Shown: positions 40,133-49,247 of the stretch, piece after piece
Numbering within the stretch: position 1 is the first letter of the stretch
How the letters are laid out: every line of letters begins with the position of its first letter
Origin: Verrucomicrobiota bacterium
GTDB lineage: Bacteria > Verrucomicrobiota > Verrucomicrobiia > Limisphaerales > UBA11358
Length of the DNA stretch: 64,000 nt
Reading direction: 5' to 3'
Assembly: GCA_049523555.1 (NCBI GenBank)
Contig: JBEKMU010000013.1
Coordinates: 2,707-66,706 of the forward strand
Position numbers and translations under genes: made by a program
Notes under the pieces: model-generated
The model's database searches: none
What the model saw: the letters and a program-made list of their open reading frames with translations, nothing else
Told to the model about the DNA's origin: nothing

Positions 40133-40825
40133 GTGCAAACCCAAATCCCATTGGCGATACCGTTTCTAATTGTGGTGGTGATTGTCGTTGCGGTGATCAG
40201 CGCCATTTACAGCATGATTCAGGCGCGCAAACGACGGGAGGGACTGTTTGAGCTGGCGCAACAGTTGGGTCTGGATTTCAGCGCGGCGGAAGATTACGCC
40301 CTCGCCGACCAGTACGGCTTTCTCAAACAACTGGCACAGGGCGAAAACCGCTACGCCCGCAATGTCCTCTCCGGAACCTATCAACAAAACCAGGTGCTGG
40401 CGTTCGATTATCATTACGAGACGCACTCGACTGATTCCAAGGGCAACCGCCAGACGCAGCACCACTGGTTTTCCTTTTTCATTTTGACGCTACCGGCGGT
40501 TTTCCCCGACCTGACCATCCGGCGCGAAAATTTCTTCACAAAAGTTGCCGAAGCATTTGGCTACCAGGACATCAAGTTCGAGTCCGCCGAATTTTCCAAG
40601 GCTTTCTGCGTGCGGTCGCCGGACAAAAAATACGCCTACGACGTCTGCAACGCAAAGATGATGGAATACCTGCTGGCCAATCGCGACTTGAGCGTCGAAA
40701 TCGAAAATCAGGTGCTGGCGCTGGCATTCGACACCTGCCTGTCGGTCGGACAAGTCGAATCCAATTTGCAGCGGCTGGTGGAAATCCGGTCGCGCCTGCC
40801 CGACTATTTGTTTGTCAAAACCTGA
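40133..40825 (+). CDS. Membrane-anchored hypothetical protein (paralog 1; possibly DUF3137-like)
   Basis: N-terminal TM IPFLIVVVIVVAVISAIYSMI. Conserved blocks LAQGENRYARNVLSG and VLAFDYHYE are present. About half of the residues are shared with the next ORF by eye. Confidence 0.6.
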   Translation: MQTQIPLAIPFLIVVVIVVAVISAIYSMIQARKRREGLFELAQQLGLDFSAAEDYALADQYGFLKQLAQGENRYARNVLSGTYQQNQVLAFDYHYETHSTDSKGNRQTQHHWFSFFILTLPAVFPDLTIRRENFFTKVAEAFGYQDIKFESAEFSKAFCVRSPDKKYAYDVCNAKMMEYLLANRDLSVEIENQVLALAFDTCLSVGQVESNLQRLVEIRSRLPDYLFVKT

Positions 40826-40838
40826 CAGCCTGAAAAAT

Positions 40839-41435
40839 ATGGACTACGCGGAAACGAAGGAATTGGCGACCCGCCTTGGGCTTCGTTTCGATCCCGCACA
40901 GAATTACGTCCTCGCCGACGACTACGGGTTCCTGCATCACCTGGCGCAAGGCGAGAACCGTTACGCTTTCAACGTCCTGTCCGGCCGTCACCGGCAGAAT
41001 GAAGTGCTGGCTTTCGATTATCATTATGAAATACCGGCGAAGGGCTCGAACCGCGAAGCCTCCAGCTCCCATTGCTACCTGACGACAGCCATCGTGTTGA
41101 TGCCGGCATATTTTCCGGAGCTGCGCATTGCGCCGGAAGGGTTGTTGTCGAAAATCGCCGAAGCATTTGGCGAGGAGGATATTCATTTCGAATCGGCCGA
41201 ATTCACCCGCGCCTTTCGTGTATGGTCAAAGGACAAACGGTTTGCCTACGATATCTGCAATCCACAGGTGATTGATTACCTGCTGGAAAATCGCGACTTG
41301 AACATCCAAATCCAGAATTGCACGCTGGCGCTGGTGTCGGATACACAGTGGCCGGCAAAACAAGTCGAAAACAACCTGGAACGGTTGAGCGAGATCCGCT
41401 CGCGTCTGCCGGAATATCTGTTCACGAAAACATGA
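40839..41435 (+). CDS. Hypothetical protein (paralog 2, no TM anchor)
   Basis: Collinear with the previous ORF (LAQGENRYAFNVLSG, VLAFDYHYE, FESAEFTRAF, IRSRLPEYLF). The ATG at 40839 lies inside ORF 40812. Its stop overlaps the lemA start (ATGA). Confidence 0.6.
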   Translation: MDYAETKELATRLGLRFDPAQNYVLADDYGFLHHLAQGENRYAFNVLSGRHRQNEVLAFDYHYEIPAKGSNREASSSHCYLTTAIVLMPAYFPELRIAPEGLLSKIAEAFGEEDIHFESAEFTRAFRVWSKDKRFAYDICNPQVIDYLLENRDLNIQIQNCTLALVSDTQWPAKQVENNLERLSEIRSRLPEYLFTKT

Positions 41436-42001
41436 ACCCGATCCCGCTCATCATTGTCGCCGTCATCGTTTTGTTGCCGTTCATTTATGTGCTGGTGCAA
41501 TACAACGCGCTCGTCGCCCTGCGCAATTACATCCGCGAATCGTGGAGCGACGTGGACGTGGAATTGAAGCGCCGCTACGACCTCATCCCGAATCTCGTGG
41601 CCGTGGTCAAGGGCTACGCCACGCACGAACGCGAGGTGTTCGAGCGCGTGACGGAACTGCGCAACCGCTGCGCCGCCAACAACGGCCCGGTGGCCGACCA
41701 GTCCCGCGACGAAGTCCAGCTCGTGGATGCGCTGAAACAACTGCTCGTGGTGGTGGAAAATTATCCGCAGCTCAAGGCCGACCAGAATTTTCTCAAGCTG
41801 CAAACGGAACTTGTGAATACGGAAGACCGGATTCAGGCCGCGCGCCGGTTTTACAACGGCAACGTGCGCGACTACCGCAACAAATGCGAAACCTTCCCGA
41901 GCAACCTTGTGGCGCGGACGTTCGGCTTCAAATCGGAAGGCGACTTTTTCAGCGTGCCGCCATCGGTCCGGGACGTGCCGAATGTAGATTTTGCAAATTG
42001 A
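41432..42001 (+). CDS. lemA: LemA family protein
   Basis: MNPIPLIIVAVIVLLPFIYVLVQYNALV TM anchor, then ESWSDVDVELKRRYDLIPNLV and ENYPQLKADQNFLKLQTEL...RRFYN. Confidence 0.9.
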   Translation: MNPIPLIIVAVIVLLPFIYVLVQYNALVALRNYIRESWSDVDVELKRRYDLIPNLVAVVKGYATHEREVFERVTELRNRCAANNGPVADQSRDEVQLVDALKQLLVVVENYPQLKADQNFLKLQTELVNTEDRIQAARRFYNGNVRDYRNKCETFPSNLVARTFGFKSEGDFFSVPPSVRDVPNVDFAN

Positions 42002-42086
42002 GAGTTTTCCCCCATCATTTAAACCAATGTGGCTTCAAAATTTATCAATTGACGCCTCTTTTGGGGGCTCTGCTATTCTGTTCCGC

Positions 42087-42965
42087 ATGAAACTCAAAAA
42101 TTTATCATTCCCAAAAATAATCGTTGCGGCGGCTTCGGTCGCACTTGTGGCCGGTTGCGCAATGTTCGGTGTAAGCCACCATCGCGCCACCAGCGTGATG
42201 CAATACCTCTACCCGAACCAATCCGAACACGTGGACACGCCAACGGTTCCGGTGTTGTCGCTGCCTTTGAAGGTGGGCATTGCCTTTGTGCCGGAGGAGC
42301 AATCACAGACACGTGGCAACGTTTTTATTCCCATGGAGGATGCACAATTCAGCGAGAAGCAGAAAATGGCCTTGATGAAGGCGGTCAGCGATAATTTCAA
42401 AAAACTTCCTTTTGTACAGTCCATCGAATTAATTCCTTCGGCCTACGTCACCCCTCGTGGCAGCTTCGCCAATCTCGACCAGCTCCGCTCCATGTTCGGG
42501 GTTGACGTGATCGTTTTGCTCTCCTACGACCAGGTGCAATTCACGGACGAAGGGATGCTGTCAATGACGTACTGGACCGTGGTGGGCGCTTATGTCATCC
42601 AAGGCGAAAAGAACGACACCAAAACCATGATGGATGCAGTGGTGTATGACATTGCCAGCCGCAAGCTGCTCTTTCGCGCACCGGGCATCAGCCAGATCAA
42701 GGCCTCAGCCACGCCGGTGAACTTGAGCGAACAATTACGGATCGACAGCGAGCGTGGTTTTAATCAGGCCACCACCAATTTGGTTTCCAATCTCCAGGAT
42801 CAACTCACCCTCTTCAAGGAACGGGTGAAAAGTTCGCCCGAGGAATTCAAAGTGGTTGCGAAGCCCGGTTACAAAGGCGCCGCAAGCCTGGGCGGTTTGG
42901 ATTTGATTCTGGTCGCCGGCATGGGAGTGTTTTTCTTGTGGTCGCGCAGAACCAAGTCCGTTTGA
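42087..42965 (+). CDS. Rhombotail-type lipoprotein (lipobox N-terminus + GlyGly-CTERM-like tail)
   Basis: Lipobox VALVAGC. The C-terminus GAASLGGLDLILVAGMGVFFLWSRRTKSV has a Gly-Gly, a TM helix and a basic cluster. Its stop overlaps the rhombosortase ATG by 1 nt. Confidence 0.7.
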   Translation: MKLKNLSFPKIIVAAASVALVAGCAMFGVSHHRATSVMQYLYPNQSEHVDTPTVPVLSLPLKVGIAFVPEEQSQTRGNVFIPMEDAQFSEKQKMALMKAVSDNFKKLPFVQSIELIPSAYVTPRGSFANLDQLRSMFGVDVIVLLSYDQVQFTDEGMLSMTYWTVVGAYVIQGEKNDTKTMMDAVVYDIASRKLLFRAPGISQIKASATPVNLSEQLRIDSERGFNQATTNLVSNLQDQLTLFKERVKSSPEEFKVVAKPGYKGAASLGGLDLILVAGMGVFFLWSRRTKSV

Positions 42966-43546
42966 TGCGGCGGATTCCCGTCGTTACGCTGACCATTGTC
43001 GGGGCGGCGGTGGTGGTGTGCTTTCTCCCCCGCATCCATCCCGCATTGGTTTATGACCGACCGGCCATTCTTGGCGGGGAGCTTTGGCGGCTGATCACCG
43101 GACAGTGGGTGCACTTTTCGGCAGGCCATTTTCTTTACGACACGCTGGCACTCGGCATTGCCGGCTGGATGATCGAAAGCCGCGGTTACCCGAACTTTGG
43201 ATGGCTGTGCGCGCTTTCGCCGCTGGTAATCGGAATCACCCTGCTCGCGTTGGAACCGCAGCTTAAAATTTGCGGCGGATTGTCTGGTGTGGCGACCGCC
43301 GCTGTCGTCTTTCTCACACTCCACGGGTTGGCGGAAAATGGCGCGTGGCGTTGGATTTGCCTTGCCGTTTTGACGGCGACCGTTGGCAAGATCGTGTACG
43401 AGACGATGACGGGCCGGTTCATTTTTGTGAATTTCCCGGATCCTTCGCTTGCCCTCGTCCCGGCCAGTCACATCGCCGGCGGCTTAACGGCGCTCGCGGT
43501 CTATTTGTGGGGCAAAATTCGCCATCGTTCGCATATTTCTCCGTAA
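42965..43546 (+). CDS. rrtA: Rhombosortase (rhomboid-family intramembrane serine protease)
   Basis: About 194 aa and 6 TM helices. WRLITGQWVHFSAGHFLYDTL, the catalytic-type GGLSGV and a later His (ASHIAGG). Adjacent to a GlyGly-CTERM-like substrate gene. Confidence 0.75.
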   Translation: MRRIPVVTLTIVGAAVVVCFLPRIHPALVYDRPAILGGELWRLITGQWVHFSAGHFLYDTLALGIAGWMIESRGYPNFGWLCALSPLVIGITLLALEPQLKICGGLSGVATAAVVFLTLHGLAENGAWRWICLAVLTATVGKIVYETMTGRFIFVNFPDPSLALVPASHIAGGLTALAVYLWGKIRHRSHISP

Positions 43547-43550
43547 ATTG

Positions 43551-44678
43551 TCAGCTGGATTTCCTTGCTTGTTCGCCTGTCGCCAGGGCGCCATTCAAAA
43601 CCTTCAGGCACCGCTCGTTTTCCTGCGGCGTGCCGATGGAAATGCGGATCCATTCCGGCAATTGATAACCGCCCATCGGACGCACAATTACGCCCTGCCT
43701 TTGTAGCGCCTCGAAAACTTTCCGGCCGTTACCGACGCGGACCAGAATGAAATTGGCCGCCGAGGGAATGAATTCGAGCTTCAGGTCGCGAAACGCCCGC
43801 TCGAAAAATTCCAATCCGGCAAAATTGTTCTGCCGCGTCTTGCGGACGTGTTCAACGTCGTCCAACGCGGCGAGCGCGGCGGTTTGCGCCAGCAGATTGA
43901 GGTTGAACGGCTGCCGGATTTTTTCCAGCGCGGCCACGAATGCGGGATTTCCGATGCCGTAACCGATGCGCAGGCCGGCCAGTCCATATATTTTTGAGAA
44001 CGTCCGCATCAAAATCAGGTTGGGCCGGACGTTTTGGCGGACGAGCGGTGTCAAATCCACTGGGTCGTTCAAAAAATCAATGTAAGCCTCGTCCATCACC
44101 AGCAGCACGTCGGCGGGCACTTCGTTGATGAACCGGATGACTTCCTCGCGCGGCGCGCGCGTGCCGGTGGGATTGTTCGGGTTCGCCACGAACACGATGC
44201 GCGTGCGCGGCGTGATGGCTTTGAGCATCGCGGGCAGATCGTGGCCGTAATTTTTCGCCGGAACGGTGATGAGATTCGCGCCGAACAATTTCGTTACGAT
44301 GGGATAAACCGCGAAACAGTATTGCGAAACGACCACGTCTGGGATGGCAGTGGCGCCACCGCCACCGAGCAGCGCGTGTCCGGCAAACTCGATGATTTCG
44401 TTCGAGCCGTTGCCGAGAATCAGGTTCGCCGGTTCGACGCCGAGTTTGGCCGCGAGTTTTTGTTTGAGATAAAACGCATTGCCGTCGGGATACAAATTCA
44501 CGCCAGCCAGCGCCTTTTGCATGGCCGCCAGCGCGAGCGGTGACGGCCCGAACGGATTTTCGTTCGACGCGAGCTTGATGATGCCGGCGGCGGGCAGGCC
44601 GAGTTCGCGCGCGACCTCCTCAATCGGACGGCCTGGTTGATAAACCGGCAAATCGTTCAGTGCGGGATTTATTTTCAA
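43551..44678 (-). CDS. hisC: Histidinol-phosphate aminotransferase
   Basis: LASNENPFGPSP, and the PLP lysine in FSKIYGLAGLRIGYG. The likely TTG start at 44678 gives LKINPALNDLPVYQPG. The longest ORF to 44771 would overlap pta. Confidence 0.88.
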   Translation of the reverse strand: MKINPALNDLPVYQPGRPIEEVARELGLPAAGIIKLASNENPFGPSPLALAAMQKALAGVNLYPDGNAFYLKQKLAAKLGVEPANLILGNGSNEIIEFAGHALLGGGGATAIPDVVVSQYCFAVYPIVTKLFGANLITVPAKNYGHDLPAMLKAITPRTRIVFVANPNNPTGTRAPREEVIRFINEVPADVLLVMDEAYIDFLNDPVDLTPLVRQNVRPNLILMRTFSKIYGLAGLRIGYGIGNPAFVAALEKIRQPFNLNLLAQTAALAALDDVEHVRKTRQNNFAGLEFFERAFRDLKLEFIPSAANFILVRVGNGRKVFEALQRQGVIVRPMGGYQLPEWIRISIGTPQENERCLKVLNGALATGEQARKSS

Positions 44679-44682
44679 ATTG

Positions 44683-45741
44683 TTATGGCTCCTCGCCGGG
44701 CAGGCGCGTGTCGGCACCCGGATAAAGTTTGTGGTAATCGGTCGCCTGCACGCCGATGATGGCGGCGACACCGAGGATGTCGTGCGCGTTCGAGCCGCGC
44801 GTAACGTCGGCGGCGGGGCGGTTCAGGCCGATCAGAATGTGCCCGTAGGCGTTGGCGTGGCCGACGAGCCGGACGAGTTTGCTGGCAATGTTGCCGGAAT
44901 TGAGTTCGGGGAAAATCAGCACATTAGCGCGCCCGGCGATTTTGCTGTCGAGCGATTTGCGTTCAGCGATTTCCGGCACCAGCGCGGCGTCCACCTGCAA
45001 TTCGCCGTCGAAATCGGCCTCCAGCAGCATTTGCTCGGCCTTGAGTTTGGCCATGGCCGTGGCCGCCTGCACCTTGCCAACGGACGGGTGCGATGCGCTG
45101 CCCTTGGTGGAAAACGACAGCAACGCCACGCGCGGGCGCACGTTGAGCAGATGCCGCGCGAGCTGCGCGGTGGCAATGGCGATGTCGGCCAGTTCATCCA
45201 CGCTCGGATCGGGCACAACACCGCAATCGGCCATGAACAGCACGCCGTTTTCGCCAAGGCGCGTGTCTGCAACCTCCATGACCATGCAACTCGACACTGT
45301 GGCCATGCCGGGCGCGGCCTTGATGATTTGGAACAACGGCCGCAGGACGGCGCCGGTGACGTGCGCCGCGCCGGAAACCATACCGTCCGCCTGGCGCATC
45401 GCCACCATCATCGCGCCAAAAAAATTCGGCTGGAGCAGCGCCTCGCGCGCCTCGGTGGGGCGAATGCCCTTGTCGCGGTAAAGCATGTGAAAGCGCCGGG
45501 CGAAATTTTCCATCTCCTCGCTCGTGGCAGGATCAATCACGCGGATGCCTTCGAGCGGGATGTTCAGACTCTCGGCGGTTTCCTTCACCTTTGCCTGGTT
45601 GCCGAGCACGATGGGCGCGCCGAGCCGCAAGGCATGAAACTGCCGGGCTGCCTGCAGGATGCGCGGTTCCTCGCCTTCGGGAAAAACCACCCGTTTCGGA
45701 TGCCGCTGCAATTTTTCGATGACATTGCCAATAAAACGCAT
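44683..45741 (-). CDS. pta: Phosphate acetyltransferase (PTA_PTB family)
   Basis: RVVFPEGEEPRILQAA, GMVSGAAHVTGAVLRP and ANVLIFPELNSGNIASKL. Confidence 0.85.
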   Translation of the reverse strand: MRFIGNVIEKLQRHPKRVVFPEGEEPRILQAARQFHALRLGAPIVLGNQAKVKETAESLNIPLEGIRVIDPATSEEMENFARRFHMLYRDKGIRPTEAREALLQPNFFGAMMVAMRQADGMVSGAAHVTGAVLRPLFQIIKAAPGMATVSSCMVMEVADTRLGENGVLFMADCGVVPDPSVDELADIAIATAQLARHLLNVRPRVALLSFSTKGSASHPSVGKVQAATAMAKLKAEQMLLEADFDGELQVDAALVPEIAERKSLDSKIAGRANVLIFPELNSGNIASKLVRLVGHANAYGHILIGLNRPAADVTRGSNAHDILGVAAIIGVQATDYHKLYPGADTRLPGEEP

Positions 45742-45830
45742 GACGACAGGTTACCGGCGGGCGGCAGAATCGCCAAATCATTTTGCCAGAGGAAAAGTTT
45801 CGCGCGAGGGAGGGCGCGTAACTGTGAAAG

Positions 45831-46676
45831 TTAATAAAACCAAAATGCCTGCCCGCCGCCCGTCACGTATTGCCACTGTGTCCATGCTCGGGGGTGAGTT
45901 TCCACGTGACCGTCTAAATAGCCGAGGTTGCATGACGAATAAGTGCCGCGAAAAAAATGGCCGGTATTCGGGGAGATTTTATCGACATTCGTGGATGCAA
46001 CGGAAGTCGGTGAAAAGAGCAGGCCATTACCACATTTGTCCGTGATCAAAAGCTGTCCGTTTACGGTACCATCAGAGTTTGTGTTCGGCCCACTGTTGTT
46101 GAGTGCGGTAGATACACTGCCTTGCCAGGTGCAATGGTTGGTGTCCATGCCCGGATACTGCGACGTGGCCGACGATTGGCGAGGCACCCAATAGGCATGA
46201 TTAAGGACAACGCCGCCTTTACATTGATGGTATCGCAACAAGAATTGCTGTAAGGTATCCAGACTGGTAATCGGCCCGAGATTGTTCTTAATACTTTTTT
46301 TGTTGTCCGCCTCAAATTCCTTGGATCGCACGGGACAATAATACATAGGCACCGTCATGCCGTAAGGTAGCATTGCGGTAATAAAGTCAGTGCTGACGTC
46401 CCAGGGATTGCCATCAGAACCAATAGCGCCGAAGGCCGGCAGCGAGCCCTTCTTATTATCAGAGGCATACACGTTCGCCATGGTGACCCATTGTTTAAAA
46501 TTGAAGACGCATTGGGTTACAGGAGCGCGTCCGGACCCAGCAAGTCTTGGTAGAATCAATGCCGCGACAATTACTACCATAGTGATAACGACGAACAACT
46601 CGATTAAGGTGAATGCTCGCCACATACTCAACCGCCGGGCACGGCGCAACACAGATCCATCAAAACGGATTTTCAT
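45831..46676 (-). CDS. Prepilin-type N-terminal cleavage/methylation domain protein, DUF1559 (H-X9-DG) family
   Basis: RAFTLIELFVVITMVVIVAALILP pilin-like N-terminus, and a C-terminal LGYLDGHVETH. Confidence 0.8.
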   Translation of the reverse strand: MKIRFDGSVLRRARRLSMWRAFTLIELFVVITMVVIVAALILPRLAGSGRAPVTQCVFNFKQWVTMANVYASDNKKGSLPAFGAIGSDGNPWDVSTDFITAMLPYGMTVPMYYCPVRSKEFEADNKKSIKNNLGPITSLDTLQQFLLRYHQCKGGVVLNHAYWVPRQSSATSQYPGMDTNHCTWQGSVSTALNNSGPNTNSDGTVNGQLLITDKCGNGLLFSPTSVASTNVDKISPNTGHFFRGTYSSCNLGYLDGHVETHPRAWTQWQYVTGGGQAFWFY

Positions 46677-46733
46677 AGATTTGGTAATGCTCGGTTAGTT
46701 TGGAGCTAACAATTTGACTGTAAGCTAAGGTTT

Positions 46734-47426
46734 TTAATTTCCGTATCGCAACATTCTTAATTGAGAATTAAGGTCTGCAAGTTCGTTGGCTATCCGCGCT
46801 GATTCAAGATTTGAAGCGCCTTGGTTAAGGCTTTGGTTGTAGGCTTGGCTTTCTTGGGCTGCTGCCATTCGTTCGGAAGCCAAAGCCGTCCGCTCTTGGG
46901 CTTCAAGCGTCCTGATTCTTATTTCCAAATCCAATATCTCTTTGCGTCTTTGGGCTTCCTTGACCGCTTGCTCGGCCTCTTCTTTAGCTTGTTGGGCTTT
47001 TAACGCTTTAAGGTTTTGCTCATCCACAATCCATTGACGGCTCTGGTTTACCTGTGCGTTGAATTTTTGTTTCCTGAATTCTTCGGCTTTTTGAGGGCTG
47101 TAACCATAGTGGTCGCGCCAATCATCTGGCAATTCTTCAAAAGAAATTTTAGTGATTGCCATGCCGCCCTCTTTTGGAGTGTAGCTCACAACAACTCCAT
47201 CAGGTTCTACTTTGGAAACCTGAATTTTCTCATAAACTTTTCCGCTGACGGTTGTCACGCAGTTGCTATCAAACGGCGGGTTTGGTCTGAAATCAATCGC
47301 GGCAGCGGCTTTCGCCTGAGTCTTGGGTTGGAGCGCATTGGTGGTGGGTAAGGTTTGATTGGTTTGCGCCTGTGTCTGCCCGAAAAACGCAACGCAAATG
47401 CTGAAAATTGCGAGGGCTGTTTTCAT
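46734..47426 (-). CDS. Secreted coiled-coil hypothetical protein
   Basis: Signal peptide MKTALAIFSICVAFFGQTQA, a small beta-rich N-domain and a long Q/E/A-rich helical C-terminal half. It lies in a visibly AT-richer patch. Confidence 0.6.
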   Translation of the reverse strand: MKTALAIFSICVAFFGQTQAQTNQTLPTTNALQPKTQAKAAAAIDFRPNPPFDSNCVTTVSGKVYEKIQVSKVEPDGVVVSYTPKEGGMAITKISFEELPDDWRDHYGYSPQKAEEFRKQKFNAQVNQSRQWIVDEQNLKALKAQQAKEEAEQAVKEAQRRKEILDLEIRIRTLEAQERTALASERMAAAQESQAYNQSLNQGASNLESARIANELADLNSQLRMLRYGN

Positions 47427-47847
47427 GACATGCTATCTAATCATTGTGCCAGGTTTCAGTCAATTCCGATTTGACAACCGAAAGGTTTTAATGCAAGTTT
47501 GGCCTGTAAGACACCCCGCTTCGGCGGTGGTGTCTTTTTTTATGCTGTATAATCCGAATCAAAGTTTCGCCTATCCTCAAACGGATAGCGGTGCTGGGGG
47601 CATGAACAACATTCTGTCTTTGCTGCAATCTCTGATGCAGATGAAAAACGCCCTTGGCGTTCAAAACCAGCCGATAAGTGCGGGGCGACCTGCGGGAGCA
47701 ATGAACAAACCAACATCAAATCAAGTTCCCGCCAGCTTTACTGACGATATGTTTGTTGGCGCATTAGGACAGCCAGCCTCGATAATGTCACCTGACGCGG
47801 TTGCTGCTTTAGGTGAGTACTTTGATTTCTGCTTCACGATTTGGATG

Positions 47848-47897
47848 GTAGGGCCGCGCTGCTGCGCGGCCTCGGACGACCAGCAGGTCGTCCCTAC
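47848..47897. repeat. 50-bp GTAG...CTAC double-hairpin REP-like element
   Basis: GTAG-GGCCGCGCTGCTGCGCGGCC-TC-GGACGACCAGCAGGTCGTCC-CTAC. Its architecture matches the element inside leuS at 36502..36550. Confidence 0.85.
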
Positions 47898-47971
47898 CAA
47901 CCAAAACAGCTTACTACCACCCATTCGCCTGAATTGACTTGGGGTGTTCCGGCGGCTAGTCTCCGTGTTTA

Positions 47972-48700
47972 ATGCTGGAGACGATTGAGAAGCTGCTGGT
48001 TCTACAAGACCGTGACCAAAAAATTCGTCGCGTGCAGGGGGAACTCGCCCACCTCGGTCCCGAACGCGAAGGTCTGCGCGCCAAGGCCGCCGCCACCCAG
48101 AACCAGCTCGAAACCCTCAAGTCGCGCGCCAAACAGATCGAGTCCGACCGCAAACGGCTCGAACTCGACGTCGAGACGAAGAAGCAGCAGATCGAACGAT
48201 ATGCCAACCAGCAGTTGCAGACGCGCAAGAACGAGGAATACCGCGCGCTGGCCCATGAGATTGATGCGTGCAAGGCCGACATCACAAAAATTGAGGACCA
48301 GGAAATCGAACTGATGGAGCAGGCGGAACAGGTGCAGAAGGAAAACACCCGCATTTCCCGCGAGGCCGCGGAAGCAAAAAAGTTGATGGAGGACCAGGTC
48401 GCGCAATTGGACGAGCGCGAGGCGAATTTGAAGAAGGAGCTGGCCGAGCAGCAGCAGGGCCGGGCGGAACTGGCGGCGGCGGTGGAGGAATCCGCGCGCG
48501 TGCGCTACGACCGGCTGGTCCGAAGCAAGGGCGAGAACGTCGTCGTGGGCGTGAACCACGGCGTGTGCGGCGGCTGCCACACGAAATTGCCGCCGCAAAT
48601 CCTAGTCTTTTGCATGGGCGACCAAGAAATCATCACCTGCACGAATTGCGGACGGATTCTTTACTACACGCGCGACATGGTGCTGGCGGCACCGGAGTAA
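47972..48700 (+). CDS. Coiled-coil protein with C-terminal C4 zinc ribbon (COG1579 / zf-RING_7 type)
   Basis: LLVLQDRDQKIRRVQGEL start, a long heptad-rich middle, and CGGCHTKLPPQ...CTNCGRILY. Confidence 0.8.
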   Translation: MLETIEKLLVLQDRDQKIRRVQGELAHLGPEREGLRAKAAATQNQLETLKSRAKQIESDRKRLELDVETKKQQIERYANQQLQTRKNEEYRALAHEIDACKADITKIEDQEIELMEQAEQVQKENTRISREAAEAKKLMEDQVAQLDEREANLKKELAEQQQGRAELAAAVEESARVRYDRLVRSKGENVVVGVNHGVCGGCHTKLPPQILVFCMGDQEIITCTNCGRILYYTRDMVLAAPE

Positions 48701-48734
48701 TTCCATTTCTCAACGACAACCGGAACAAACATCG

Positions 48735-48807
48735 GTAGGGCGGGCAGTCCTCTGCCCGCCGCTCATCCTCACAACGATTGCGGCGCGCACGGAGTGACGC
48801 GCCCCAC
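48735..48807. repeat. Inverted doublet of REP-like hairpins between convergent genes
   Basis: GTAGGGCGGGCAGTCCTCTGCCCGCC is on the plus strand. GTGGGGCGCGTCACTCCGTGCGCGCC is on the minus strand. Confidence 0.75.
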
Positions 48808-48896
48808 CAATGCACTGATTTCCACCGGGAATTGCTATGTTTGGCCGGCGGGAATTGCCGGGGACCAGACACAGGGCGGGATTTTCCGAAAGTGAA

Positions 48897-49130
48897 CTAG
48901 GGGCCGTTGTCGCCGATGGCTTCCACCGGGCAGCCTTCCTTGGCTTCCTTGCAGCGCGCCTCTTCTTCGGGCGAGGCCGGCTGTTTATAGACCATCGAAT
49001 AGCCGCCGTCGTCGTTGCGTTTGAAATTGGCCGGCGCCGTCTCACGGCACAGGTCGCAGTCAATGCACTGGTTGTCCACGTAATATTTTCCGGGGACGTT
49101 TTCGGGATATTTGTTTGCAACGTCAGCCAT
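48897..49130 (-). CDS. Small ferredoxin (single Fe-S cluster type)
   Basis: MADVANKYPENVPGKYYVDNQCIDCDLCRETAP...CPVEAI. The ATG at 49130 lies inside ORF 48897..49205. Confidence 0.85.
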   Translation of the reverse strand: MADVANKYPENVPGKYYVDNQCIDCDLCRETAPANFKRNDDGGYSMVYKQPASPEEEARCKEAKEGCPVEAIGDNGP

Positions 49131-49247
49131 AAATTGTGCCGGCAATATGGACGCCGTTGACGGGAATGGCAAGTGGGATTTGTTCGTTTTGTCCCCGCGC
49201 GCCAATTAAAAGCTTTTAATTGACGACAGTAGGAATATTTTTCACCC

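Noticed and set aside
47359-47937. 192-aa plus-strand ORF in the AT-rich patch.
   Set aside because: It starts inside the opposite-strand coiled-coil gene, and its C-terminus is encoded by the REP element at 47848-47897. A shorter internal gene cannot be excluded, but nothing supports it.
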